64,000 nt of DNA from Chrysomallon squamiferum (GCA_012295275.1 CM022678.1:3968001-4032000); one strand, 5' to 3'; shown: positions 35,587 through 49,926, counted from the first letter of the stretch. Notes: a model not told the origin generated them from the letters alone. A program made the numbers and translations.

Positions 35587-35592
<6 letters not shown>
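35390..35592. repeat. About 200-bp direct repeat, copy 1
   Basis: gattctgcaagggacgctgcaataggcgggaaagggagacaactggtcccaaaacgtttgttggactaaaac... is nearly identical to 36971-37165. It is preceded by poly-T and followed by (AG)n. Confidence 0.93.

Positions 35593-35668
<76 letters not shown>
35589..35668. repeat. (AG)n microsatellite
   Basis: Direct reading. Confidence 0.95.
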
Positions 35669-35669
<1 letters not shown>

Positions 35670-35909
35670 ATACCGATGTTGTAAAATCAAAAGCAACAAT
35701 GTAATAAATTATAAATTACAATTTTTAAAATATTTTATTGAAATATAAATGTTCGATTTTTGTTAATACCCAGCTATGTTTTTAAATACTGATTATTATG
35801 AGGTTTTGTCATATCGAGATTGCAATTAACCAAACATTGCTTTTAATCTCTTTCTGATTCAGTTTATCATATATCATAACACAGTATTATCGTGAAATAA
35901 AAACAGTTA

Positions 35910-35952
35910 GCCCACGTAGGGACTCGGACCCTAGACCCTCAGATTAAAAGTC
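35910..35952 (-). pseudogene. tRNA-Lys(TTT) 3'-half fragment (5'-truncated pseudogene)
   Basis: The minus strand reads GACTTTTAATCTGAGGGTCTAGGGTCCGAGTCCCTACGTGGGC, closely matching the anticodon, variable and T arms of metazoan tRNA-Lys(UUU). The D-arm/5' half is absent and the T-loop is mutated (GGTCCGA). Confidence 0.8.
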
Positions 35953-36004
35953 ACAGGCTTCATGTTCGAATGGTTCATCATTTTCACTGTAAATGAAATT
36001 TTTA

Positions 36005-36136
<132 letters not shown>

Positions 36137-36459
36137 GCACATACAAACACGTGCACTCTGTCTGTAAGATGTTCTCTATTTATACAGAATGTGATTTCAA
36201 AGATATGCATTTAACAAATTTACTGTTTTATAGTGGACATGCAGTTTGTAAATATTCTGTTCAAGTTTTTGCTGTTACGTTAATTTTGTTAATTATTGTT
36301 TTGTTATGAATACCTGATTAATAAAAAAATGTCTAAAATTTCAATGGTATTTATTTTATAGTTCTTCTTCTTCTTTTTATTGTTATTATTATTATTACGT
36401 TATTTTAATTATTTTATTATTATTCGATCTCTTCTATTTATTAATCTTATAAGAAAAGA

Positions 36460-36779
36460 AGGTACCGGACCAAATTATCCGGCATCCGGAAATCCGGAAA
36501 GACGAAAAAACCGGACGTTTTTTCCGACGCTATTTTCATAGTTCATGCGCGCTTGTTTTGTCCTCACCAGATCGGAACTACTCTTTCAAGCCGCGTGGCG
36601 TTCATTCACTCGCCGCATTGTTTACGTGTCGAGTCGCCACAGTTGTATATCGTCAGTTTTCTTTATGTGTCTAATTTTAAAATGTTTATGCTTAATTATT
36701 TACGTATTTAGATGCCTTGGTGCCAGAAAACCGGAATGCCTCAGGCCCCAAGGAGCCCGGATAATTGGTCCGCTACCTG
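36460..36779. mobile_element. Non-autonomous DNA transposon (MITE), pogo/Tigger-like, about 320 bp
   Basis: Terminal inverted repeats aggtaccggaccaaattatccgg / ccggataattggtccgctacctg, a TA next to the right end and subterminal ATCCGGAA repeats. The layout resembles Tigger4/Zombi ends. No transposase ORF. Confidence 0.85.
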
Positions 36780-36970
36780 TACCTTACAATTATTACTTTT
36801 ACTAATAATTCCTGCTACAACAACAACTACGTCCTATTAGTATTACTTTTATTATTTTTGCTACTACTACAACTACTACTAATACAGAACATACTATTTC
36901 TGTGACCACTACACTAAAAGATTATGCGTTTACTACAGCAATTACTATTTTTTTTTTTTTTTTTTTTTTT

Positions 36971-37165
36971 AACGTTTAAAAGTTATTGTAGTTGTCAGAT
37001 TCTGCAAGGGACGCTGCAATAGGCGGGAAAGGGAGACAACTGGTCCCAAAACGTTTGTTGGACTAAAACTTACTATACATAATTTGTTATTATTTTTATT
37101 ATTATTTCTAAATTATTTAATTATGAATGTATGGATGAGAGAAAAAAATTAACACAAATAAAGAG
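36971..37165. repeat. About 200-bp direct repeat, copy 2
   Basis: Near-identical to 35390-35592, with the same poly-T and (AG)n flanks. Confidence 0.93.
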
Positions 37166-37174
37166 AAAAAGACG

Positions 37175-37279
<105 letters not shown>

Positions 37280-39086
37280 GACTTTTATTATTATTATAAT
37301 GACGACAGCTGTAAATAGTTATATTAATATTATACTACTACTACTACTATATTACTACTACTATTACTATTATATTACTATTACTGCTACTACTACTACT
37401 ATTATATTACTACTACTACTACCACTACTACTACTACTACCACTACCACCACTACTACTACTACTGCTAATGCTACTACGGCCACTATACCAGAAGATTT
37501 GGAAGATATGTATAGTTATTCAGAAGGAATTTACATTATACAGTTAATCAGGTATTACGAAATCCAAATCTCAACTCAGATGTGATTCTGATAGCTACGT
37601 GATTGCATATTTCCAGTATCTGTGTAATACATGCTGTAGCTAATTACGTGTTATGCAACGCTAGTGTTTCCTCAGAAAAAGGGCTTAGATAGGCTTAAAG
37701 AATTCTGCCCAGAAGAGAAAAATATTAGCATTTGCCTGACGAAAATATGAAAACTAGTCGTCAACAATGCAGATATGTAAATTACTGATTACATACATAC
37801 ATACATAAATTTATATATCTATATCTATATATATATATATATATTCAACCACATATTATTATTACACACATGTATAAATGTATATGCATGCGTGAGTACA
37901 TACATACATACATACACACAAACACACACACATATATACAAACACATACATACATACATACATACATAGGCACACATACATATACTTTTAATTTTAATTA
38001 TAAATTATTATTTTTTTTCCGCTCTACTTTTATATATTTATCATCGACCAACATTTTGTTCCCTGGCTCTGTACCTTCTAGCTCAAACTATTTTTACTGC
38101 GTGCTTAAGCCGATGTGTTGTTAGCCAGGAAAAAGCTAATTAATCCACAATATTTTAGTAATAACAATAGAGCGATCAACGAACTTTTGAGTTGTAAAAG
38201 AAACCAAGATACATTAATTACTTTCGACGGTCGGGTAACGGTCGGAAATTACCAGATGAAAATATTAGACTTTCTTATCAGCAACACCAGATAGGAAGAG
38301 AGAAATAAATCAATAAATTGTTCTATTAGTTTGTTTATGAATATTATTATTTAGAATGGAAATGTGTTGCTGGTTAGACTTGGTTTTTGATTTGATGGTC
38401 TTGTGGTGATGTCGTCTTCGTTGTCGTTGTTGTTGTTGTTATTACTGTAAAAGTCATGATAATGATGTTGAATGTCGCTATCGTCGTTACACAGAAATTA
38501 TCTTCATTATCATCGTTATGATAAATATGACCGTCGTAAGTGTGATCGATAAAGAATCATTAGAGTATTATCTGTCATCACTGACGTCATCATAGTCCTA
38601 ATTATTACGCGCATAATCATCACAGTTAATCATATTATCATGATAAAGAGCATCGTCTTTCTAGGTATAGCATTATCGATTGAACATCATGATCAGAAAC
38701 ATTATCATCGAAATCCTGATCATGATACCGTAATCATCATCATCATCATCATTAAATAGACATTATCACCACCGTCCTGATGATATTACTATCATCATGA
38801 TAATCACAACATTATCACCACGATCATCATCATCATCTTATAACACCATCATCAGCATTATCATCATCGTCGTCATCATCATCATCATATAAGCCATCAC
38901 CAAATAACAATAATATTTTCGTCTTCATCACAAACATCACAGCAGCAGTAGCAACAACAACAACAAACAACAACAACAACAACAACGAAAACGACATTCA
39001 AACAATTTTTTTTCTTTATTAACCACTGAAACCGGTTATACAGCTTCAGCTGTCAATTAACATTTCCATTTAATTAACGAAAGATT

Positions 39087-39121
<35 letters not shown>

Positions 39122-39549
39122 CCACTATGGCTTCGGGCTACCACCTTACTGACAGTCATTTCCCAATTACGTCTCAATGATGTCAGGTCATTTAGTCACA
39201 GCCCGTGCGGTCAACAGTGTGCGATACAAGAAGCACAATGGGTCCGTGGAATCAATGCGCTGGGGAAACAGAAATCGAGAGACACCGGTGAAAACAAATC
39301 AGAAATGCATTGCCAATCATGAAACCTTGTAAATCCCGCGGCCGATCAATGACAATTATTCTTTACAAATGACTTGGTGATTGCGATCAACAGCCAGCAC
39401 TGGCGAGACTTCGAGGTGAACTGAGGGTGTGGGGAATCAGACGCTGGAGGTTAGTCGGGTCGATTCTTATGAGCAGAGTGATTGAACGTTTTTGACCGAG
39501 AGTGGAAGAAAAGATACAAAGTCTATATATATATATATATATATATATG

Positions 39550-39592
<43 letters not shown>

Positions 39593-40314
39593 GTACACAC
39601 ACACATGTATGAATCTTATGAATCTGGTTTCGTTTAATTTATCTATCTTCAGTAAAATCAGATGATGTTTTAATTCACATATGATACATACACTCACACA
39701 TCCGTCCTGCATGTTCAATATCTACACTGACACAAACATTCATAAACGTAAAAAAAATCTAAGAACAAAAAAAAATTCTAAATAAAACCAAACAACGAAA
39801 ATAATAATAAATAAATAAAAAGTAATTAAATGAAATAAAAAGAAGAAACAATAAAAAGAAAAAAAAAAAAAAATGAAAATGGAAAAACTGAAAATAAATA
39901 AATAAAATAAAACAGTACGAGATCTTGTATAAATTTCTTTTCGCGGCTATTAAGAAGAATTTCTATTAGAACCAAATTACTCTATCGACACGAGGTTTTG
40001 TACACACAGCATTCTTCAAACGTAGGAGAGATAAAAGTGCCACGAATAAACGTGCTCCCCGATCGACATCAAGATCGATTCCAAACGACGCCACCGTTTC
40101 TTGAAGAGGTCGAGGATCGTGACTGTTTGAAAAGCCAGACGAAATGAGCCGGACACTAGAACTACTCAGTGGCTTGAAGCGACACGTGAAGTCCACAAGC
40201 CGATCCCGTTATAGAATTCCCGTTTAGATGTTTCTATTTTAAACACAGACCGTAACACTTTCTCTCCGTTTTACACTTTAAGTATAAATGTATGGGTTTT
40301 CTGTGCGTCTCTTC

Positions 40315-40401
<87 letters not shown>

Positions 40402-41964
40402 GTCTATCTATCTATCTATATATATATTTATCTATCTATCTATATATATATATATCTATATATATCCGTCTGTCATTCTGTATGTCTGTCTATCTTTCTA
40501 TCTGTCTAGCTAGTTAGCTATTATCTGTCTGTCTGTCTATTTATATATACATATACACGTTTAAGTCTGAATTTGTTAATACGTCTAACGCTATCGTGTT
40601 GCATTTTCTGTGTCTTGCTCTTTTGTGTTTATTTTGTTTTGTTTTGTTAACTATATACAAAGCTCGTCAGCATCAACATGGTTATCGATTTCCATGGCAA
40701 TCCAATACTGTCTACGTACACAATGCAAGAACAGAACAGCACGAGAAATAAACAATTCATCATCAGACAAAGAAAATAAAACAATACTGCAGACGAAGGA
40801 AATGGAACAATATAAAATAGAGAAAATAAACACTGTAAAAGAAAAAACAAAAACGAAAAAAGAAAAGAAAAAAAAAGAACAATATAACACATAAAGAAAA
40901 AAAAAAAAAAAAAAAAAAAAATTGTCTCGCCAAATAGAATACTAATGGATGGTTTTAAATAGAATAAAGACTGTCAACTCAGTATCGGTTTTAAGCTTTT
41001 AATCAATATTGAAAAAAAAAAAGAAAACGTAAATGTAGATTATCATAAGAAGTACGTCCGATAAATGTGACAGTGTGTTTTCTGTTTGTCTGTCTCTTTG
41101 TTTGTCTGTTTATTTACTTACTTATGTCCATCATCTCTTTGATTACATAAGTATGCATATGTCTGTTTGTCTGTATGTATGTTTTTTTTTGGGGATTTGA
41201 ATATTCTCTGTATAATGTCCATCATCTTTCCCGATATGTATGTATGTATGTATGAATTTTAGGATTTGTGTATGTATGTATGTACGTATGTAAATGTTTG
41301 GACATGTATGTGCATGCATGTATGTGTGTATATGTTTTTGTGCGTATATATATGTGTGTGTGCATGTGTATGTATATCTGTTTATGTATATGAATGTGTG
41401 TGTATGTATGTATGTATGTATGTATGTATGTATGTATGTATGTATCTATCTATGTATTACTATCACTAATCGTTTTATCCTTCTATTCCAAAGTATAACA
41501 TAAACAAAAGTTACTTTTTTTTAACTTTAAATTTACTTCTTCCCTGCTTTTGTACAAAGTTGTATTTAGACAAGACATCAGCTCAGAAGAGAACAGAGAA
41601 GAGTAAATAAAGAAAAAGAGAGGATATTTCATTTAATGGCTGCTAGAAAATATTAATAAAACAAACGCTGAGATACTGGACGTTAAAGACAAGATGAAGT
41701 CTCCGATAAAATCCGGGAGTATTTTCTCCGCAGCAGTAAAGAATCTTTCACAAGGCTTAAGCGACTGCAATGAAATCGGGGCAACGAAAGGGAAATAAAT
41801 AAAGAAGAGAAGACAAGAAAGAGAAAATAATGGAAAAAGAAGAAAAGATAAAATAAATGAGCGGAAGGGGAAAAGGAAAGAAAAGAAAGTAAAGGAGAAA
41901 CAAATTAGGAAAAAAGAAAAAGGATGGAGAAAATAAAGACAAAATAAATGAATGAAACAAAAAC

Positions 41965-41997
<33 letters not shown>

Positions 41998-42831
41998 TAA
42001 AAAAAAAAATTAAAATTAAAAATAAACAAAAGACAAACAGCCCCTCAATTTTTTTTTTTTTAATTTACTGATAAATAACAATAAAAAAATTAAAATTAAA
42101 AAAAAAACATAAAATAAAAAATAAATGAATAAAATAAAGCAAAATGGTGCTGTGCTTTTACATACCGCAGAATGAACGAAATGAAATGTATTTAAAAGCG
42201 AAACGCTCTGCTCCATAGTCATTTTAATGTCGGACACCGTCCCAGGAGTTAATTTCATCGATCACTCTTCAGTGTGCTGGGACAGATTAACGACTTTTAA
42301 AGGAAACCAGCGTACGGACAAATTGATACTGATGATACTTAAGTGAAATAGGATAATTATTTTTAAATGTATGTTTCTGTTGACATTTTACAGTCAGATT
42401 CTGATAAACACATAAAATCGGTGCGAAGACAAAAGTGACCTCAAAGCGGAAATGACACAGGAAGTGAAACGGAGGCTTGTTTGGAAAGCTAGTATAGAAA
42501 CGTAAAAAAAAAAAAAAAAAAAAATTGGGAAATTATGGTTTGGAATTTTACGTTAAAAGCAACTCGGGGTGGGGGGTGAGAAAATTGGAGAAAACAAGGT
42601 AATAATAATAAATAAATACGAGGTCGCTGCGAGTATCTTGTTGTTATGGTCCATCGTATTTCCAGACTGTCACTGATCATAATGGCGCTGCTGTATTTAT
42701 GGGCTTCCTGTCTACTGGAACAGCGAGTAACGAAAACATGTAAGAAATGAAGAGCTTTTATCAGCGACAGAAAATAAAAGAAAAGAAGAAGAAGAAAAAG
42801 GGAAAAGCAAAATAGAGAAGGAAAGAGAAAT

Positions 42832-42975
<144 letters not shown>

Positions 42976-45900
42976 TGGGGAAGGTTTGTAAAAGACATTC
43001 CGTTGGTTAATCTTACCAGCTAATGGATTTGTATACAAAACCTATCATTTGAAATGAAAAAAATTAATTCGATAAATTATTAGAAAATGGCAGGAATGGT
43101 AAACTGAGTATTTAAAAGGTTAGATCCATGGAACTGTTATGTCTCACTACTACAGAACCATTAAGTTCATGCATACGAGAGCAGTTTAATAATATTTCCA
43201 TGATTGATTTTGAGTTTCGAAGTTAATGATAAACACAATTTAATTATCGGTATTAGCTAAGAGAAACTGATATATATATATATGTATATATACACACACA
43301 CACACACACATACAAATATGTACATACAACCATGTATACGAACATTCATTACACATATCTGCAAAGCTACATTCACACACTTATAAACATGCAGATATCA
43401 GATAATCAGTTTTGGTTATAAAGTTAAAACGTAAAATATAATTACTTCTCTTTTACGTTGAAGTAAAAAAACAAAAACAAAAACAACAAAAAATGAAGGT
43501 CTTTCTCTACATATGTAAATAAACAGAAAGGAAAATATAGGTTTTCATGTTACAGAATCTTCTGTGTGAAGTCTTCTGGGAGAAAGTTTAAATGTAGGTT
43601 AATGGAAAGAACACGAATTATGAGCGGAGCGCCGTAGCCACAGATGTTCAGAGAGTAAAAATTAATTATTATAAAGAGAAAGGCAGACAGACAGACTCAC
43701 AGAAAGACAGAGAGACAGACGCAATTACATCTGTGCTTTGTAGAATCCAAAACGACACAATCAAACTAAACGTACGTTATTCTCATGAGGTATAAAAATA
43801 ACAGTATAACTATTATATTTTTGTGACAAACGTTTAAAAATGGACGTGCATAAATTGATATATTTTTTAAACTTTCAAAACGTCATTGCTTTCAAATTAT
43901 TTTTTGATAATAATTATTAAAATGAATCAAACATATTATAAAATAATGATTAAATAAAAACAAATTAATATTTAAAAATCAATAAATATATATAATATAT
44001 TTAAAACGAAATTTTGTAACTTACAAGTCGTTCTTTATTTACAGTTCTGTTATAATCTGCATTATTTGAATAACGAAACATTACCGTTAACGCGTTTCAG
44101 AGACGAAGGGAAATAACAAATGAATAAAACGTAAAAAGGCATCACGAATTACCCCCCTTGTCGCTGTAATGTAATAATCTGCCACGACTCGATTTTATTT
44201 CAGTATTTAATTTAAACATTGTAGCACCATTAATGTCGCAATGAACAGTTTACATTTAAGTATCAGTACTTCAGTTTGGATTAGGTATATGAACATATTT
44301 TTTTTACTTTTTTAACTACATGTGAATAACGCATTAGGACACCTTAATTAAATGTATTAATTAACTACCGGCAAAATATGCAAAATATTTACTTCCTCTA
44401 ACCAAATTTATAGAAAAAGAAATTTTAAAACAAATATTACATTTATTAAGACATAAAAAGTCTATGTATTTGTTTTGTTTTAAGTCCATTTATAAGACTT
44501 AACATAGGTAAGGGAGATAATTTGTTATATCAGACCAAATACTTAACAGCTACATAAGTAATGGAACTAATTATAATTACAACAGACTTAAATATACAAC
44601 ATTTACCCAAGGGAGATTATTATTGTTAAAAGAGATTAAATACTTACCAGTGACACACATAAAAGATATTTTTTTATTTTTTCAAATATTAACATCAGCA
44701 TTATTTACTGCAACAGTTTTTATTACAAAACTGTTTTCATAGAAAAAGTATTTACCATATTCCAACACAAGTTTTAACTGATCTACATCATGACATGAAT
44801 AATGTGAAAATATATGTATATATTTTTTTGTTTCTATTAACCAAAAGAATTTTGACTATGAAATATTTAGAACTGGACAAACTAGAAGTCAGCAACAATG
44901 GTTTTTGTCATATTAGCATCATATATAAAGTTAAACAGATTTCTGTTCTTGATGTCAGTGCTGTCTAAAGTTTGTTTAATAACCAACCCATTTTGTGCTT
45001 TGAATAAATTAGTGAACTCCTATACAGATAATAAAGAGAATACAGAGAATAATACAGTTGTGTATGTGACTGATGGCTGAAGAATAAACACTTAATTCAA
45101 AATTGTGATCTGTACATGTGATAAGTTCAACACTGCATGTTATTACTGGTTCTGTTATTTATTACTAGCACACATATTTTCATCAGAGTGTTCATTTTTT
45201 GTCTCAGTTCTAGTAAGCAAATCAGATATATATTTGTGACAGATGTCATCATATACAGACATCCTCCACAGGCATAAATAAACAACTACAGACCAGTTAT
45301 ATTACGAGTATTTCAATAGAGAAGTATGTTTATATAAAATTTAAAAAATGATTATGATGATGACATTGAAAACCAATAATAGTTCTTGTAATAACAGTAA
45401 CAACAAAACCAGTGCAAACTTCTGTACCAGAGTCATGTGTTTGTGAATGGTGATAGAACTCATATACAGAAATACTCCACAAGTATTAAACATTACATTT
45501 GTATTGTTGTTGTCTGTACTTCTGATGTCTTTTACTGTACAAACCCCTCCTGGTTTGTTAACTAGACACTCTATCATCATCTCAAAGTCTGTTGGTCTGT
45601 GAGTATTTACACATTTGTGGTGGTAACTCTTTGAATTTGTGTTCTAGTTTTATTTCATCCTCTCATCTCTAATTCTAGTCTACTCCATTTTTGCCAAGTA
45701 AGTATTATTCTCAAGAACAATTAGAAAAACAAAAATTGTTGTTATCTCAATTTGTATCTGTGAACACATTGACATACTACAATTTTTTTTAAATTTTCAC
45801 TGAAAATATTTTGAGGTTTAATTGTAATTATGTCCAAAATCACTTCAAGACTGACAATACAAACACTCAACCCATGAAACAACACAAAACAAAAATCTGT

Positions 45901-46038
45901 TGTTATTTCTATCTGCAACTGCAAGACACTAACAACAACAATAATAATCATATTAAAAATGAAAATAAAAAATAAAAATAATAATAATAACAATAAAAAT
46001 AAAAAGGTCATTGATTTATTTACTTAAATTTTTCTCCC

Positions 46039-48260
46039 TCATTGGAAAACGTGATTTTTCTCACACATGTAGCTAAAGAAAAAGAGAAGATTGTCATAAC
46101 AACCATTATACGTTTCCTCTAAATACAACTCATGGTAACTGCACAGAAAATAGTACACAGCCTCGATGGTTGACAGATATGTGTCAGGTTGTTTCTCCTG
46201 TGAACGCCAGAAACAAGTCCTCTGACATTTTATTTCTACTCTCTGGAGTCCTAAAACAAATACAAACAACATTTTTAGTATTATTTTAGGTCTAATGGAA
46301 GGTCTGATTTAATACTCGTTTATAATATCAAAAAGTTAAAAATAAAAGAAATGAAATATGTGTATATCCCAGTAAACTTGATGTAGTCATTGAAATATGT
46401 TGAAAATGATTGTTTAGATTAGTGCAAGGTTGCAACCAGTCATTAAAGTTGAGAATTAAACTTCAAATAAATAAATAAGTAAGTAAGTAAATAAATAAAT
46501 AATAAAAAAATAATAATTTAAAAAAAAATTAAAAATCATGGGCATATACTTCCAATATGAAATTCAACCAAAGATCCTGCACTCTGATATTAAATATTAT
46601 TATATTGTTATTATTACTCACTCATTTTACTGACATTATTACTATTATTATTATTATCAAATAAGTCCACCTTTTTGCTGTGTCCATAGTGGGAATTGTA
46701 AGTTTCATAAATCGATGGTAAGCTACAAATTACCAGGTCCATATTTTGTGGGAACCTGTTACCAGAGAATGCTTATTTCAAATAATATTATTACTGATAC
46801 AAGTTGCAATGGAAACAGAAGATTTAAATAAATTTACTAGATGTAGGGAGAAGAAATGTATCATTCATAATAATACTGACAGATTTGAAGACAGAAAAAA
46901 GACAAGTAAGTGATAAAGTTTCATCTTAAACAATAATGCAACACAAATAATATCTTAAAAAGAATCATTTTGAGCAAATATAAAAATGAAACAGAAAAAA
47001 TTAAGAAAAAAAGAAAAAAAAAAAAAACATAAAAAAAACACCATCTGTAAACAAAATGTCACCTGATAAATATATGATAATAATGAACATTAATTCGTAC
47101 CTGATAACCTTTCATCTTCAAATATTGTCTTTGCCTGCTTCCAAGTAGAATCAATGAAAACAACTTTTGAAAAAGAAGGTGTCAGCTTAGTCTTACTTTT
47201 CTTAACACCAGTTTCAAAGTTTTCCACATTTTGACAAAAACTGTCATTACTGACACAGCCTTTTTCAGTGTGTGATGAAGAATTTACATCTTTCACTTCA
47301 TGTTTCCTTTTTCTGCATGACAGAAATTGAGGAGAGATACAGTTATCAGTTCTACATTCTGAAGTTTTCACTGTTGAACAAATGATCTGGTTGTCTTTTT
47401 CTTCATCTGATAGAAATTGCTGTTCTTTCTCTTCAGAATTGTCACCGTTTGCTTCATTTTCTGAAAGAGTTGATAGAAAATAAATAAAATTTCAATCTTC
47501 TGTCTCAGTGAAAGACGTTTATTTAACAATTTGATATTTTAAAATCAGTTAAATGCCTATAACCTAATTATTTATTTACATATCTGGCTTTCTGTCTATC
47601 TACCTGTCTTTATCTGTTTGTTGGATTAGAAAACAGACCAATTAAAATATGAGTACATTAATAGTGAAGTATACTTATGCATGCATAATAAAAATGATTA
47701 TTATGGTAAAAGTGATAAATAATAATACTTCAAGTAATAAAAATAATGATTGTACTAGTAATAGTAATAACAGCAGTTGTGTAAATAATAATAATAATAA
47801 TTATACTAACCTGTAACTGATTCTGTATTCTGAACAGCTGTTTCTTTCTGTACTAAGTTTTCTAAAGAAACAGAGCCATCTCCAGGAAAAACTAGAATAA
47901 CCTGGAATTTAATAAATAAATAAATAAAAAAATAAAAAAAAAAGAAGTGATAACTTTTTTAAAACTATAATTTAAGTCTTACTACAATCAGAACTATTAT
48001 CCTCAGTTTTATGAGCAGATAATTCCTGTTAATTGTAGTTGATACAGTTAAAATAGACATTACCAAACATCCCAGTGAACAAGATGGGAAGAGTACATCT
48101 GCTGACAAATCAGCTCTATTAGCTGGATTAGAAAATAGTTCATTTATCTTTGAAGCAAACTGTACTTAGCCATTTGACTTCAGAGTAATTTAATCAATTT
48201 TCCCTTCCTGCATAGTGATATTTCATTTGTTAATTTTCATTAAAAAAGATAACAATTAAA

Positions 48261-48301
<41 letters not shown>

Positions 48302-49112
48302 AAAAGGAAATAAAAGAAATAAATAAACATTAAATATATTTTTAAATTTTTTTTATAATAATAAAAATAAAAAACAATAATGAAATAATAATTAAAAATA
48401 AATAAATAAATAAAATAATACTGTAACAATAAAAGAAATAAAGGAGAAAGACTTAAATAAAATAAAAATGGTTCTTTCAAATTACCTTATTTTTGTTATA
48501 ATCAGGGATACAAGGATATGTGTAGATTGTGACATCGTCGTTAGCGAGGACTGCAGCATGACACGCTGTGCTCTTCCCATCTCGTTCACTGCGATGTTTG
48601 ATAATGTCTATTTTAACTGGGAGCTGAAATTATAAATTCAGCTCTGCATAATAATTAACAGTAACAAGTGTAATTAATACAAATTATTATCAGGACTTTT
48701 ACAATTAATGCTTTCAAACTGGAATTGAAACAATTAACTGTAATATATCGAGCTTAGAAAAATAAAATTCAGAATAATTGAAAATGCCATATAAATTTAT
48801 AAAATATTAATTCTTACTCCAAACATTTATTTATTGTTTAATGAATTTTTGACTATTAATATTACTTGTTGTAATGATGGTCGTAATAAAAATCTGAAGA
48901 AAAAAGATTAAAAAAAAAAGAAAAAAAAAAAAGGAAGAAGATAATACCTTGACTGATGGTATACGGTTTTGTAGAAGACCCACTGCTACGAAACATGTAT
49001 AACAAAAATATTTGCGTGATCGTCCGCATTTTGGACAAGGACTTCTCGAGTTTGCAGCTTCCAAAATATCAGTACTGTCAATTTTCAGATTTGTGAAAAC
49101 GTTTTTCTTCAT
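46039..49112 (-). CDS. DTWD1: tRNA-uridine aminocarboxypropyltransferase 1 (DTW domain-containing protein 1), about 321 aa
   Basis: In-frame GT-AG exons 49112-48948, 48623-48486, 47901-47811, 47460-47101, 46250-46039. Motifs [66 protein letters not shown] and YDNLLFFF are characteristic of DTWD1. Confidence 0.96.
48045..48097 (+). repeat. Inverted partial copy of the DTWD1 second coding exon inside the downstream intron
   Basis: Plus-strand cagttaaaatagacattaccaaacatcccagtgaacaagatgggaagagtaca matches the exon sense sequence (48619-48567, minus) at 49/53 nt. Confidence 0.93.
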
Positions 49113-49219
49113 AGTAAAACTATCTGGAAAATAAATAAAAACACATAATAATATGTACACATTAAATCTGCTAATGGGTTTTATAATACTAATCGAAAAT
49201 GTCAAACAATGTAAATCAT

Positions 49220-49500
49220 ATAATTACCGACTATGACGTCTGATTTCTAATCTAAAATCGTGGTTAAAACAAACTATTTTTATCTTCTGCACCTATCTTC
49301 ATATTAGAGTGCTCTCCCTTTAATACTTCCGTTTTAAGTTCAGTACCTGTAAATATTTTTATTTCTCGTGTATAAGAACATTGATAACTGAACATCAACA
49401 GTTAATTACAACAATAACTGCCGGTGTATGCTATTTTTTATTTCACCCTACCTCTGCAGATATTTAAGAGTGAACGAAACCTGTTTCAATGATATCGTGA
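49220..49500. promoter_or_regulatory. Putative bidirectional promoter between DTWD1 and the serine protease gene
   Basis: The head-to-head start codons are about 815 bp apart. There is a minus-strand donor near 49227 (DTWD1 5' UTR exon), a CRE-like TGACGTC near 49234 and an ETS-like ACTTCCG near 49325. Confidence 0.5.
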
Positions 49501-49926
49501 ATCGTTTTAAATTACACACTAAAAATAATTTGTACAACATTTATTTGTTTATTTATGTCAAAACAACATAAATAATCACTTTTATCTTGTTATCAGTTAT
49601 CTACTGTCAACTTGATGATAATATTCTGTAGTTAGATATATCATTTATAAAGTTAATGATCTATTTGATTTGTCTATTTTTTCTTCATATATATTTTTTT
49701 TTTAATTATTTCATTTTATTTATAATATACATGTGTATAAAATATTTTATAATATTTTTTATTTGTCTTTAAACATTTTATATTATATTTTATTTAATTT
49801 GTTTAATATTATTTGTTTAAATTTTATATATATTTTTTTTAATATTTATTTTCATTCATTTAATAATTTCACTCTTCATTTCATATAAACCAGAAACTTT
49901 TTAGCACAAGAAAAATTCTGTATATT

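Noticed and set aside
35910-35985. Functional tRNA-Lys gene
   Set aside because: The 5' acceptor strand and D-arm/A-box are missing and the T-loop is mutated.
39966-40196. 76-aa minus-strand ORF in a GC-rich island
   Set aside because: Non-ATG start, no recognisable motif and no convincing splice context.
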